64,000 nt of DNA from an uncultured Clostridia bacterium (GCA_937895935.1 CALBKX010000024.1:8726-72725), one strand, 5' to 3'; shown: positions 29,629-39,957, numbered from the stretch's first letter. Notes: generated from the sequence alone by a model not told the origin. A program made the numbers and translations.

Positions 29629-30237
29629 ATGAAAATAAACGGCTTTGCAATATTTTTTCTTAGTATAATTTGTAGTTTGATGGTATCGCTAGCGGTACCT
29701 TTTCCAACTGCAAATAGTATTTTACTTTCTAATAATGAACAGAAAATCCTAAACGATAAAAGGGAAGATGAATCAACAGTAACTTTAAACAAAAGCGATG
29801 TTCCAGTACTCAACTTAAATTGGTTTGATTATATGAATACTTATTTTACTAAATATGTTACAGTTAGAGTTATAGATATATATTCAATGAAAGAATATTA
29901 TGTAAAACGAATGGGTGGATATAACCACGCCGATGTACAAGCTATTGACGAAAAGAACACAGCGATCTTTAAGTCAATTTACGGGGGTACATGGAGTTGG
30001 GCAAGAAGACCAGTTTGGGTAGAAATAAATGGAAAATTTTATGCTGGTTCAACAAATGGTATGCCACATGGGTTTGATATTTTAGAAACAGGTGAGGGCG
30101 GACATACTTGCATTCACTTTTTAATGAGTAAAACTCACGGAACAAAACGAGTTGACCCTGAGCACCAGTCTTGCGTAGCATATGCATATAATCATAGAAG
30201 TCAACTAGCCGAGTATTTATTAAAGCAAAATAAATAA
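29629..30237 (+). CDS. Secreted protein of unknown function, possible LAS/M15-like metallopeptidase
   Basis: N-terminal signal-like helix FAIFFLSIICSLMVSLAVP. It has an H-x6-D motif (NHADVQAID) and a later GGHTCIHF. The function is not established. Confidence 0.55.
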   Translation: MKINGFAIFFLSIICSLMVSLAVPFPTANSILLSNNEQKILNDKREDESTVTLNKSDVPVLNLNWFDYMNTYFTKYVTVRVIDIYSMKEYYVKRMGGYNHADVQAIDEKNTAIFKSIYGGTWSWARRPVWVEINGKFYAGSTNGMPHGFDILETGEGGHTCIHFLMSKTHGTKRVDPEHQSCVAYAYNHRSQLAEYLLKQNK

Positions 30238-30343
30238 TTGTAAAAAACGCCATAAATTTAAAGTGGGGTAAACTTTAAAAGTTAGATAACTTTAGGAGAT
30301 TCACTCCGAAGTGAATTTATGACGTTTTTTATTATTTTTTGTA

Positions 30344-32110
30344 CTATTTATCTAAGCTCCTATGTGTAAACAATAGCCTTGCAAAAATATCCAAAACAAT
30401 AGTAAATACAATTGCAAAAATACCACAAGTTAATAGAGATGTGTTTGGAACAACAGAAAAGCTTAGCATACCTGAATTTGAATTTGTAAAGAATTTATAA
30501 AGTTGCAAATTAAGTGAAGGTATAAATCTTATCCAACTATTTGAAATGGTGCCAAGTAAAACTGTTGAAGTTAAATAAATGGCATTTGAAATACCGGTAG
30601 AAATAGTAGTGTTTTTAAATATCATAGAAACGAATATAGCAAGAGCAATATAAAATATTACATCAACCAAAATACTTGCAAAATAGATTAATAAAACGAT
30701 GATAGGATTAGTTATAAAAAGTGTGTCAGCATTCATTACAATTAGAACTTTTTGGAATGTAAAACCATAAAAAGCAAAACCTATTGCAAGTGAAGAAACA
30801 AGTGAAACCGACAACAGAATTAATGCAACATTAAAACAAGCCAAAAACTTCCCTGAAAATATTTTATTTCTAGTGAATGGTCTAGTTGCTGTCATTTTAA
30901 GTGTTCCTGAACTTTGTTCACCGCAAAGGGCACTTGTGGCAAAAAAGATAACAAAAACAATGATAAATAAGGACAAAATTTGCATTGAGTAAAAGCAAAA
31001 ATCATAAGCATTTGTTTCTGTTCCGCTATTCTTATTAAAATTAAAAGCAGTCAAGTATTCATATCCAAAAGTGTTATTTTCATAAAAATATTTGGACGTT
31101 GTGATTTCTTTTTTTAAATTATATATAGTTGTATTAGAAAATCCGATATATGTGGATATTTGATCATCTGTTTTGTTACCAATTCTTAATAATTCAAAAT
31201 TGTTTGAAAGTAAAGTTTTACAAATTTGTATATAATCATAGTATTTAGCAACGCGCTCATTTAATTCTGCAACAATTTCTTCTTTAGTTGTGTCAACATT
31301 TTCGTTATAATAGTTTATAACATTATCATATAATTCTTTCAATTTGTTTGTATGATTATACGCAACACCTAATCCTGAATTAGATTCTTGAATGTTGTTT
31401 GAGTAATAATTTTTAATCAAATCACTCAAATCATTGTCATCAATATTAATTTTTTCTAAATGACAAATTTGATAATCTAAACTAGTTAAATCATAGTTAT
31501 TTTTTAATGTGTTATACCTATCAATGACCATTGAAGCAGAAAAGCCTTCTAAATCGCTATTGCTTGGAAGATTGTCATAAAAATGAACGAGAGTATGATA
31601 AACTTCATTATAGAATGATTCGGTTATAATAAAGTTAATTTTTTTATCCTTTATGTTGTTTACCATATAATCAATAATATTTTCTGTTGAAGCACTTAAT
31701 GTTTCAAAAGCATTTTTGCATTTATTGTAATCGCTAGGAGAGAGGTAAGAATCATTTTCTGCAATACTAAAAACAGTTGTTGTAAATTCACCATCAAAAT
31801 ATAGTTTTAAAGAATGAAATTTACTAGAAAAGTTTTCATAAACATTACCAGTATCGGCAAGGTAAGTATCAATATCCTTTTTTTCAGAAATTAGTTGATA
31901 TTCCAAATCCTTGTATTCTGGCTCGAATGTTGTAAAAATACTTGTGGTGTTTGTTAATGAATACGTATATTTGGTATTTACATTTTCAGGTGAAAAGAAA
32001 AAGAATGAAAATACCAATGCTAGCACTAAAATACCAGTTAAAACAAACATTGATGGACGCATAAATATTTTTGATAATTCTGCATTTGCCATTCTAAAAA
32101 TTTTTTTCAT
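30344..32110 (-). CDS. ABC-2 type transporter permease with ~350-aa extracytoplasmic domain
   Basis: One N-terminal TM helix, a long N/Y/D-rich soluble region, and five C-terminal TM helices. It lies directly downstream of an ABC ATPase. Confidence 0.72.
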   Translation of the reverse strand: MKKIFRMANAELSKIFMRPSMFVLTGILVLALVFSFFFFSPENVNTKYTYSLTNTTSIFTTFEPEYKDLEYQLISEKKDIDTYLADTGNVYENFSSKFHSLKLYFDGEFTTTVFSIAENDSYLSPSDYNKCKNAFETLSASTENIIDYMVNNIKDKKINFIITESFYNEVYHTLVHFYDNLPSNSDLEGFSASMVIDRYNTLKNNYDLTSLDYQICHLEKINIDDNDLSDLIKNYYSNNIQESNSGLGVAYNHTNKLKELYDNVINYYNENVDTTKEEIVAELNERVAKYYDYIQICKTLLSNNFELLRIGNKTDDQISTYIGFSNTTIYNLKKEITTSKYFYENNTFGYEYLTAFNFNKNSGTETNAYDFCFYSMQILSLFIIVFVIFFATSALCGEQSSGTLKMTATRPFTRNKIFSGKFLACFNVALILLSVSLVSSLAIGFAFYGFTFQKVLIVMNADTLFITNPIIVLLIYFASILVDVIFYIALAIFVSMIFKNTTISTGISNAIYLTSTVLLGTISNSWIRFIPSLNLQLYKFFTNSNSGMLSFSVVPNTSLLTCGIFAIVFTIVLDIFARLLFTHRSLDK

Positions 32111-32118
32111 AAAATCTC

Positions 32119-33054
32119 CTAATTAATTCCTGTTCCTGATTTACCCTCGTTAACAACGGTAAGGAAAATATCTTCAAGTGAGGCATCAACTTCGCCAGCA
32201 CCAAAAACAGCAATGTTTTTCTTAGTTAAATCTATAATAATTCTTGCAATAGTGTTTTCATCAGTTGTAAATAAAACTTTGTTATTGCATATTTTTACTG
32301 GAATTTTATAATCTTGCTCAATAATTTTTCCTGCATAGTTTGGTGCATTGCATTTAATAAATTGTGAGCCATTTTCTGTTATGTTTTGTTTTATAGAATT
32401 CATAGAATTTGTTTCTAATAAAACACCATTGTCAATAATGCCTATTGTGTCACAAAGGTTTTGCATTTCACCTAAAATATGGCTTGAAATTAATATGGCA
32501 ATTCTTTCTTTATGAGCAAGGTCTTTAAGTAGCAATCTAAACTCCCTAATACCATTTGCATCTAAACCATTTGTTGGTTCGTCCAAAATAAGCAACTTAG
32601 GATTGTTTAGCAATGCCTGTGCAACACCTAAACGTTGTTTCATACCTAAAGAATATTTACCAACTTTTTCGTGGATTCTGTTGGATAATCCAACTATTGA
32701 AACAACTTTATCAATTTGGTTTTTATCTGTTATGTTTGATAATTTAGCAAGATATTTCAAATTTTGATATCCAGTTAAATAATTATAAAACTCAGGTATT
32801 TCAACAATAGTGCCGACTTTTTCCATTGCTTTTTCAAATTTATATTTCACTGAATTGCCGTCAATGAAAATATCTCCACTTGTTATAGTTGTAAGTCCTG
32901 TAATCATTTTAATTGTTGTACTTTTCCCGGCGCCATTTGCTCCTAAAAAACCAAATATTTCACCTTCACGTACAACAAATGATACATTATTAACAGCAAC
33001 TCTTTCACCAAATTTTTTTGTTAGATTTCTTATATCCAAAACAATATTTGCCAT
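32119..33054 (-). CDS. ABC transporter ATP-binding protein
   Basis: Walker A GANGAGKST, signature YSLGMKQR, and Walker B LLILDEPTNGLD. Confidence 0.93.
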   Translation of the reverse strand: MANIVLDIRNLTKKFGERVAVNNVSFVVREGEIFGFLGANGAGKSTTIKMITGLTTITSGDIFIDGNSVKYKFEKAMEKVGTIVEIPEFYNYLTGYQNLKYLAKLSNITDKNQIDKVVSIVGLSNRIHEKVGKYSLGMKQRLGVAQALLNNPKLLILDEPTNGLDANGIREFRLLLKDLAHKERIAILISSHILGEMQNLCDTIGIIDNGVLLETNSMNSIKQNITENGSQFIKCNAPNYAGKIIEQDYKIPVKICNNKVLFTTDENTIARIIIDLTKKNIAVFGAGEVDASLEDIFLTVVNEGKSGTGIN

Positions 33055-33074
33055 TATAACTCCTTAAATTAAGA

Positions 33075-33641
33075 TTAATTTTCTTCAATTAGCAATTCAT
33101 ATATGCTTTCATAAGCAGAATGTGCTTGTTCTTGCCATTTTTTACACGCTTCAATTGCACTTTGTCTTGATGGTGCTTTGATTTTAACTTCAAAAAGTGG
33201 TTCATCTTGAAAAGTGTCTGAGCGTATTTTAAGCACTACTATATATGAACCATCTTCTGATTTAAAATATGTGGAAACATATTCTTGTGAACGTTTAAAA
33301 TGCATCCTATTTGCTTTGGTATATTCAGTAATTTGTTCTCTTAATGGATTTGGAATTTTCATATAAAAATGGCTTAAGCAATTTCTACCATCATATGTAA
33401 TATTAAAACGTTCTTCTCCGTCACGTCCAACGGCTTTGTAAATCAAATTTGCATCAACTAATTTATATAAATAATCTTTACAATCCATATATGAAACCCA
33501 GTTGTTGCGATGATAACATATATCTATAATTGTTTTTTCTGTTAGAGGAAATTCCATTTTGTCTAAGGTAAAAAGTAATATTAGTTTACAAATCATAGGA
33601 TCGTATATTACTGAAGATTCCTCTTTCTTTTTTTGTTCCAT
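33075..33641 (-). CDS. DUF4364-like putative regulator, first gene of the ABC operon
   Basis: 188 aa with a winged-helix-like N-terminal half. The resemblance to clostridial DUF4364 proteins is from memory only. Confidence 0.5.
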   Translation of the reverse strand: MEQKKKEESSVIYDPMICKLILLFTLDKMEFPLTEKTIIDICYHRNNWVSYMDCKDYLYKLVDANLIYKAVGRDGEERFNITYDGRNCLSHFYMKIPNPLREQITEYTKANRMHFKRSQEYVSTYFKSEDGSYIVVLKIRSDTFQDEPLFEVKIKAPSRQSAIEACKKWQEQAHSAYESIYELLIEEN

Positions 33642-33805
33642 AAAGTTATTATATCAAATATTTATAAAAAACGCAAGTATGTAGTTAGTATAATATATAA
33701 TTTTATAGAAACAATAATGTTATAAGTATTATTTTGAAAGTCATTAAAATTTTGCTTTTAATTTAGTAATTGAAAAATAGATATCAAAAAGGAGAAATAT
33801 AATTT

Positions 33806-34618
33806 ATGAATAAAGAATGGTTAAGGGGGAAAACAGTTGTAATTTCAGGCGCAGGGAATGGTGTGGGAAAGTATTTATCTTATGATTTGATTCATCAATA
33901 TAACTGTAAAGTAATAGGAGTTGACATTGACGAAACCTCTTTAGTTAATTTAAAAAATAACCTTGATGGACAAGGTGGCGAATTTTTATACTTTGCTTTT
34001 GATGCGAAAAATGAAAGTAATTGGGTAAAATTTGCAGAAAGCTTAGATGAGAATAAAATACAAGTTGATGTATTGATTAATGGAATTGGTCAATCACCAA
34101 AATTTAATTACTTTTATAACTATTCACATAAAGACACAACTAATGTTATGTCAACAAATTTATATTCTTGCATATTTGCAGTTAAGGCATTATTTAAAAA
34201 TTTAAAACAATCGCGTACACCTGCGATAATTAATTTATGTTGTAGTAGTGCAACAATGGGTATAAAAGGCACAAGCATTTATGCAGCTAGTAAGTCTGCT
34301 TTAAAATGCTATACAGAAGTTCTTCAACAAGAGTTAAAAGATTTTTATGTTGGTTTATTTATCTTGGGATTAATTAAATCAAATTTTTGGAAAAGTCAAG
34401 ATGATTTAGTACAAAGCAAACTGAATAAGAAAGCTATGTCTGTTGAAAAAACAAGCAAAAAAATAATTAAGAATATTAATCGTAAGAAAAAGAGAGTAGT
34501 TATTGGCTTTGACGCATATTTGAGTGATAGACTAGTAAGATTAATGCCACATAAAGCACAAAATTTAATTAATAGATATTTAAATAAAAACAAATATAGA
34601 CTTATTAATGAAAAATAA
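33806..34618 (+). CDS. SDR family oxidoreductase
   Basis: VISGAGNGVGK cofactor motif and the catalytic YAASKSAL. Confidence 0.85.
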   Translation: MNKEWLRGKTVVISGAGNGVGKYLSYDLIHQYNCKVIGVDIDETSLVNLKNNLDGQGGEFLYFAFDAKNESNWVKFAESLDENKIQVDVLINGIGQSPKFNYFYNYSHKDTTNVMSTNLYSCIFAVKALFKNLKQSRTPAIINLCCSSATMGIKGTSIYAASKSALKCYTEVLQQELKDFYVGLFILGLIKSNFWKSQDDLVQSKLNKKAMSVEKTSKKIIKNINRKKKRVVIGFDAYLSDRLVRLMPHKAQNLINRYLNKNKYRLINEK

Positions 34619-34765
34619 AATTAAAAAAGAACATTTTACAAAATAAAAAATATGTTTGCGCAGTTTTATAGTTTAATAATATTGTTTTTTTTGTTTAGGC
34701 AATTTAATTTAAAAGATATGCAAAAATAAGGAACTGCAAAATTACGTTACTTTAATTTTAGTCCA

Positions 34766-34810
34766 CAAAAAATGCAGGCTTGGGTTTAAAATTCAAGCTT
34801 GCATTTTTAT
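34766..34810. terminator. Bidirectional terminator between convergent genes
   Basis: ATGCAGGCTTG / CAAGCTTGCAT stem flanked by an A-run and a T-run. Confidence 0.7.
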
Positions 34811-34874
34811 ATGGGTGGGGGATTGTTGTAGGAGTGTTATAACTTTTTGCCAAAAATAAATTTGTTTCAAAAGT

Positions 34875-35342
34875 TTAAGCATAACTTCTATTTTTTTGTA
34901 GATTGGATTTGTAATATATGTTTAATTCTGCGTTTATTGCAGATTGTAAATCAAGACCAACATTTGCTTCGTATATTTTTTTTATGCTTTGAACAAGTAA
35001 TGTATCTTTAGCTTTAATTTCTTTTGGCAATTTAAATGTAAAACTTCCATCATTGCTATAAACTCCATAAATATACTTTGAAACTTCATAGTTGTATATT
35101 TGGCTAAAAGTTTGTTTGCCATTGACGATAGTTGTTTTAAAAACACCTTTACTTATCATCTTTTGGATAAGTTCCTTTTTGCTATCAATTGGTAAAAGTA
35201 TATAATTTTTAAAAACACATTCTTTGAATAGCTTTTCAGTTAAAGACTTGACCTGCTCATATTTTAAATTATCTGTGCCGGTCTTTTCATAAATTTTTAA
35301 TAAATAATATCCTAAAAGTTTATATTCTGAAATATCTCGCAT
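34875..35342 (-). CDS. Hypothetical protein (155 aa)
   Basis: Clean ORF with an SD (AGAGGTGAA) on the minus strand. No motif recognised. Confidence 0.55.
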   Translation of the reverse strand: MRDISEYKLLGYYLLKIYEKTGTDNLKYEQVKSLTEKLFKECVFKNYILLPIDSKKELIQKMISKGVFKTTIVNGKQTFSQIYNYEVSKYIYGVYSNDGSFTFKLPKEIKAKDTLLVQSIKKIYEANVGLDLQSAINAELNIYYKSNLQKNRSYA

Positions 35343-35501
35343 AAATTCACCTCTATAAATAGTTTAAAAGTTAACTTATTCAAGCGTTTTTATTCAAAAG
35401 ATACAAAATTATATCATTTTCTACAACAATATACAAGTAATTTCATAAAAAAGTTATTTACAATATCTCTTGTAAAATTATTTAAAAAATTGATTTTATT
35501 A

Positions 35502-35530
35502 TTGACATAAACAGATTGATTGTTTATAAT
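35502..35530 (+). promoter_or_regulatory. Consensus sigma-A promoter of ftsA-ftsZ
   Basis: TTGACA (35502-35507), a 17-nt spacer, then TATAAT (35525-35530). Confidence 0.65.
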
Positions 35531-35593
35531 TATAACATATAACTTATAATTATGCGTAAATTAGATGCAAAATACAAAAGGAGGTGTTGTTAT

Positions 35594-36760
35594 TTGAATC
35601 CTGTATCAGTTATTGATATTGGTACTAGCAAAATTGCAGTGCTAATTGGAAATAGAGGAATTAATAACTCATTAAAAATAATAGCATCTTCAATATGTGA
35701 ATATGCAGGTTATTATAATGGGGAGTTTGTAGAGCCTGAAAAATTAAATGAGGATTTTGCAAATGTTCTTTCTAAAGCTGAAATTAACTCGGGTATAAAA
35801 ATAAAAAAATTATTTGTTGGAGTTCCAGCGGACTTTTGTACTTGTATAACTAAACAATTTATGCAAAATTTTAGTGATAAGCTAAAAATTGATGATAATG
35901 ACATTTTAGAAATTTATCAACAAGCAAACGAATTAAAAAATAACGAAAAATATGTTTTAATTAGTTGTTCTCCAATATATTTTATTTTAGATGATGGCAG
36001 AAGGGTTGTAAACCCTATTGGAGAAAAAACATCTAGAATTAGCGGTGAAATAAGTTATATTTATGCTGAAAAGGATTTTATATCTAAAATCAATATTGCA
36101 TTAAGACATTTTGGTGTTAGTTCTGTTGAATATATTTCTTCAACATTATCAGAAAATTTGTATTTATTATCTGATGATGATAGACAAACACCATCTATAA
36201 TTATAGATTGTGGCTTTGTGAGCACTTCAGTGTCAATAATCAAAGGAAATGGACTTTTATCATTAAATAGTTTTTCAGTTGGTGGTGGGCAAATAACAAG
36301 TGATTTAAGTGAATGCTTAAAGATAACTTACAAGGAAGCGGAAGACCTAAAAAAACAAATAATTTTATCTGTTGTTCCACAACTATCTGACGGATATGAG
36401 TTAAAAAAACAAAATCAAACTTCACTTATTCCAATGACTGAAGCCAACGAAGTTGTTAGTGCTAGACTTGAAATGATTTGTTCACTTATAAATAAGTGCT
36501 TAAGTGCATCAGAGAAAAAAGATTTATACAAAATGCCTTTTTACTTGACAGGAGGAGGAATTTGTTTTATAAAAGGTGCGAAAGATTATTTGTCTAAATA
36601 TTTTGGTGTAAACGTAGAAATTCTTTCACCACCAAACCTTCAAATGTCAAAACCAAATTATTCTGTGCTGTTAGGACTTTTGAATTTAGCAATTAATCAA
36701 GAAAATAAGCGAAAAACAAATAAATTTTTAGAATTTTTTAAAAGAATAACAAAAAGATAA
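35594..36760 (+). CDS. ftsA: Cell division protein FtsA
   Basis: Actin-fold phosphate motif VIDIGTSKIAV and DCGFVSTSVSI, directly upstream of ftsZ. The TTG at 35594 lies 10 nt behind AAAGGAGG and is preferred over the track ATG at 35552. Confidence 0.82.
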   Translation: MNPVSVIDIGTSKIAVLIGNRGINNSLKIIASSICEYAGYYNGEFVEPEKLNEDFANVLSKAEINSGIKIKKLFVGVPADFCTCITKQFMQNFSDKLKIDDNDILEIYQQANELKNNEKYVLISCSPIYFILDDGRRVVNPIGEKTSRISGEISYIYAEKDFISKINIALRHFGVSSVEYISSTLSENLYLLSDDDRQTPSIIIDCGFVSTSVSIIKGNGLLSLNSFSVGGGQITSDLSECLKITYKEAEDLKKQIILSVVPQLSDGYELKKQNQTSLIPMTEANEVVSARLEMICSLINKCLSASEKKDLYKMPFYLTGGGICFIKGAKDYLSKYFGVNVEILSPPNLQMSKPNYSVLLGLLNLAINQENKRKTNKFLEFFKRITKR

Positions 36761-36775
36761 AGGAGAAAAATAAAT

Positions 36776-38008
36776 ATGTATAACAATTTAAATGTAGGAG
36801 CTGTTGCAAATATTAAGGTTATAGGCGTTGGCGGTGGCGGAAATAATGCCGTTAATAGAATGATTGATGCAAACATTACCAGTGCACAATTCGTTGCTAT
36901 AAATACTGATAAACAAGCATTGTTACTTTCTAAAGCAGAACATAGACTTCAAATTGGTGAAAAACTTACTAGAGGTCTTGGTGCTGGTGCTGATCCAGAA
37001 GTTGGACAAAAAGCGGCAGAAGAATCTAAAGCAAGCATTTCTGAAATGTTAAAAGATTGTGACTTAGTGTTCATTACTGCTGGTATGGGTGGCGGAACAG
37101 GTACAGGAGCTGCACCTGTTGTTGCTCAAATAGCAAAAGAAATGGGAATTTTAACAATTGCTGTTGTAACTAAACCATTTGGATTTGAAGGCAGAACTCG
37201 TTTAGAAAATAGCGAAAAAGGTCTTGAAAATTTACGCAAATATGTTGATACTCTTGTTATTATTCCAAACGATAAATTATTGCAATTAGTACCAAAGGGA
37301 ACACCAATTATTGAAGCCTTTATGTATGCTGATGATGTTTTACGTCAAGGTATTCAAGGTATTTCTGATTTAATTGTAACTCCAAGTCTTATTAATCTTG
37401 ATTTTGCAGATGTTCGTTCAGTAATGAAAAATCGTGGTCTTGCACATATGGGTATTGGACATTCAAAAGGTGAAAATAAAACTATTGAAGCTGTTCGTCA
37501 AGCCGTATCAAGTCCATTATTGGAAACCACAATTGAAGGAGCAACAGGTGTTATTATCAATGTAAAAGGTGGCTTAGATTTACCTTTGGATGAAGTTTAT
37601 GAAGCAGCTGATTTAGTTAAAGAAGTTGTTGACCCTTCTTGCAATATTATCTTTGGTTCTGGCATTGATGAATCAATGAATGATGAAGTTGAAATTACTA
37701 TCATTGCAACAGGTTTCCAATCAGATTCAAACGTTTTGGACGATAAAAATTTAAATAAAGTTAAACAAACTGTTGATGCTGTAAATAATTTCTCTAATAA
37801 GAGATATGAAGGTTTTCCTATTGGCAGATCAAATTTAAATAATAATTCAGTTAATAATTATAACTATCAAAGCGAACAAAACAATCAATCACAAAACTTT
37901 GAGCCTAAAACAGACTTTGTTAGAAATGATGGTGTTACTACATCAAGACTTCAAGTGGAAGACGATGGAATTCCACCTTACTTAAGAAAACTACGTGAAC
38001 ATAGATAG
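36776..38008 (+). CDS. ftsZ: Cell division GTPase FtsZ
   Basis: [13 protein letters not shown], the tubulin signature [18 protein letters not shown], and the C-terminal peptide [10 protein letters not shown]. Confidence 0.98.
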   Translation: MYNNLNVGAVANIKVIGVGGGGNNAVNRMIDANITSAQFVAINTDKQALLLSKAEHRLQIGEKLTRGLGAGADPEVGQKAAEESKASISEMLKDCDLVFITAGMGGGTGTGAAPVVAQIAKEMGILTIAVVTKPFGFEGRTRLENSEKGLENLRKYVDTLVIIPNDKLLQLVPKGTPIIEAFMYADDVLRQGIQGISDLIVTPSLINLDFADVRSVMKNRGLAHMGIGHSKGENKTIEAVRQAVSSPLLETTIEGATGVIINVKGGLDLPLDEVYEAADLVKEVVDPSCNIIFGSGIDESMNDEVEITIIATGFQSDSNVLDDKNLNKVKQTVDAVNNFSNKRYEGFPIGRSNLNNNSVNNYNYQSEQNNQSQNFEPKTDFVRNDGVTTSRLQVEDDGIPPYLRKLREHR

Positions 38009-38027
38009 TTTAAATAGAGGTGACTAA

Positions 38028-38405
38028 ATGGTAAATTATTCATATGGTGATATTGAAAAAATATTTTCACAAACTAATGTTTTTTTGACTAAAGCATTTC
38101 CTAACGGTGTTTCTTACAAACAAATACAAGAAATTGAAAACACTGCTTTTAAAAATTTTGTAAAAATTTTAGTTAAAAACATTGATCAAGGAAAAATAAG
38201 ATATAATTCAGATTGTAAAAAAGCACGACAAAAATGGTTTTTGCTTGAAACAATCGAAAAAATTATGGAAATGGATAATTTAGAACATATTGATAATCTT
38301 GGCATTTATTTAAAGTCTAGTGATAAAATCAAAAAATATCAAAAATATTTAAGTGAAAAAGAATATGATAGTTATTCTCCTGACTATGGCGAAGAAAGAT
38401 TCTAA
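38028..38405 (+). CDS. Hypothetical protein (125 aa)
   Basis: AGAGGTGA SD upstream and a terminator downstream. No motif recognised. Confidence 0.55.
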   Translation: MVNYSYGDIEKIFSQTNVFLTKAFPNGVSYKQIQEIENTAFKNFVKILVKNIDQGKIRYNSDCKKARQKWFLLETIEKIMEMDNLEHIDNLGIYLKSSDKIKKYQKYLSEKEYDSYSPDYGEERF

Positions 38406-38466
38406 AAATAATATACATAGTTGTTGTATAATTTGATTTTATTAAAAATTTAATTTTACCACTTTT

Positions 38467-38496
38467 GAGTTCGGCAGTTGCCGAACTCTTTTTTTG
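38467..38496 (+). terminator. Rho-independent terminator
   Basis: GAGTTCGGC / GCCGAACTC stem followed by a T-run. Confidence 0.8.
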
Positions 38497-38639
38497 CAAA
38501 AGAGCAGCATTTTTCAAAAGTTTTACAAAATAACATTTTAAAAAATGGATTTTTACATTTTTGTGAGATGCGAAACTTTTGCTTTGGTTTAGATGTTATT
38601 TTATTTCATTTAAAGTGGGTGTTATTATTTAATTACCTA

Positions 38640-38668
38640 TTGCAATTTTTCAAGCAATGTGCTATATT
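38640..38668 (+). promoter_or_regulatory. Candidate sigma-A promoter of nifS-nifU with extended -10
   Basis: TTGCAA, a 17-nt spacer ending in TGC, then TATATT. Confidence 0.5.
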
Positions 38669-38684
38669 GATATAAACAAATAGA

Positions 38685-38710
38685 TTGCTAAATACAATGT
38701 TGTTTAGCAA
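38685..38710. promoter_or_regulatory. Inverted repeat just downstream of the nifS promoter (candidate operator)
   Basis: TTGCTAAA-N10-TTTAGCAA, with perfect 8-bp arms. Confidence 0.3.
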
Positions 38711-38784
38711 AAATTTTGTTTGTATTCATTATTTGATAATAAATTCAAACAAAATATAAAAAATATAATAAAGGACTTAAAAAT

Positions 38785-39957
38785 ATGAAAAGAGTATATT
38801 TGGACAATGCAGCTACTACCTTTTGTTCTAATGAAGTATTAAATGAAATGTTGCCTGCTTTTAACACTGTATATGGAAATGCAAATAGTTTACATTCTTT
38901 TGGTAGAGATGCTGCTGCTATCGTAGACCACGCTCGTGATAACATTGCAAAAGCTATATCTGCAAAATCTAATGAAGTATATTTCACTTCAGGCGGTTCA
39001 GAATCAAACAACTGGGCTATTAAAGGTGTTGCAAGAGCAAATGCTTATAAAGGAAAACACATCATAACCAGCAAAATTGAACACGACTCTGTTTTGGAAA
39101 GTTGTAAAACTTTAGAAAATGAAGGATTTGAAGTAACATATCTAAACGTAGACGAACATGGGCTTGTTAGTTTAGCAGATATTTTACATTACATTAGAAA
39201 AGATACTATTTTAATATCTATAATGGCTGTAAACAATGAAGTAGGAACAATTCAAAATATTAAAGCGATTGCAAAAACTGCTCACGAACACGGCATAATT
39301 TTCCATACAGATGCTGTCCAAGCTTTGGGGGCGGTCAAACTTGATGTAAACGATATGGAAATTGATTTAATGAGTTTATCTGCTCACAAAATCTATGGAC
39401 CTAAGGGTTGTGGTGCTTTATATATAAAAAACGGCATCAAATGTGCAGATTTGCTTGATGGTGGAGCACAAGAAAGAAAACGTAGAGCAGGTACAAGCAA
39501 TGTTCCTGCAATTGCAGGCTTTTCAAAAGCTGTTGAAATTGCAACACGCGACATTATTGTAAATCAACAAAAAATTAAAACCATACGTGATTATTTTGTA
39601 AAACATATTTTAGAAAAAATACCATATGTTAGAGTAAATGGTCACCAATATCAAAAAGTTCAAGGTATAGTAAACATTGGTTTTGAAATGGTTGATGCTG
39701 AGGCGCTTCTTACAATGCTTGATTTAGAAGGTATAGCTGTTTCAACTGGTTCAGCTTGTACATCAGGCGTTGCTGAAAAATCTCATGTCCTTAGTGCTAT
39801 GAAAGTTCCTGACGAGTACTTAAAAGGTTCAATTAGATTTTCATTTAGCAAAAATATATCAAAAGAAGATATAGATTACACAATAGAAAAACTTGTTGAA
39901 ATTGTTGCTAAACTTCGTTCTATTAGTCCAATTACAAAAACAGGGAGGGCTAAATAA
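38785..39957 (+). CDS. nifS: Cysteine desulfurase (NifS type)
   Basis: YLDNAATT, the PLP lysine in SLSAHKIYGPKG, and the catalytic loop SACTSG. Confidence 0.93.
   Translation: MKRVYLDNAATTFCSNEVLNEMLPAFNTVYGNANSLHSFGRDAAAIVDHARDNIAKAISAKSNEVYFTSGGSESNNWAIKGVARANAYKGKHIITSKIEHDSVLESCKTLENEGFEVTYLNVDEHGLVSLADILHYIRKDTILISIMAVNNEVGTIQNIKAIAKTAHEHGIIFHTDAVQALGAVKLDVNDMEIDLMSLSAHKIYGPKGCGALYIKNGIKCADLLDGGAQERKRRAGTSNVPAIAGFSKAVEIATRDIIVNQQKIKTIRDYFVKHILEKIPYVRVNGHQYQKVQGIVNIGFEMVDAEALLTMLDLEGIAVSTGSACTSGVAEKSHVLSAMKVPDEYLKGSIRFSFSKNISKEDIDYTIEKLVEIVAKLRSISPITKTGRAK

Noticed and set aside
38478-38675. 65-aa ORF in the ftsZ-nifS intergenic region, and the antisense ORF at 38329-38517.
   Set aside because: It starts inside the terminator hairpin, has no SD, and runs through the predicted nifS promoter.
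38560-38784. T-box or SAM/Cys riboswitch in the long nifS leader.
   Set aside because: There is no T-box sequence (AGGGTGGNACCGCG-like), no specifier or terminator-antiterminator arrangement, and no SAM-I core motifs. Only a promoter and a short palindrome were found.
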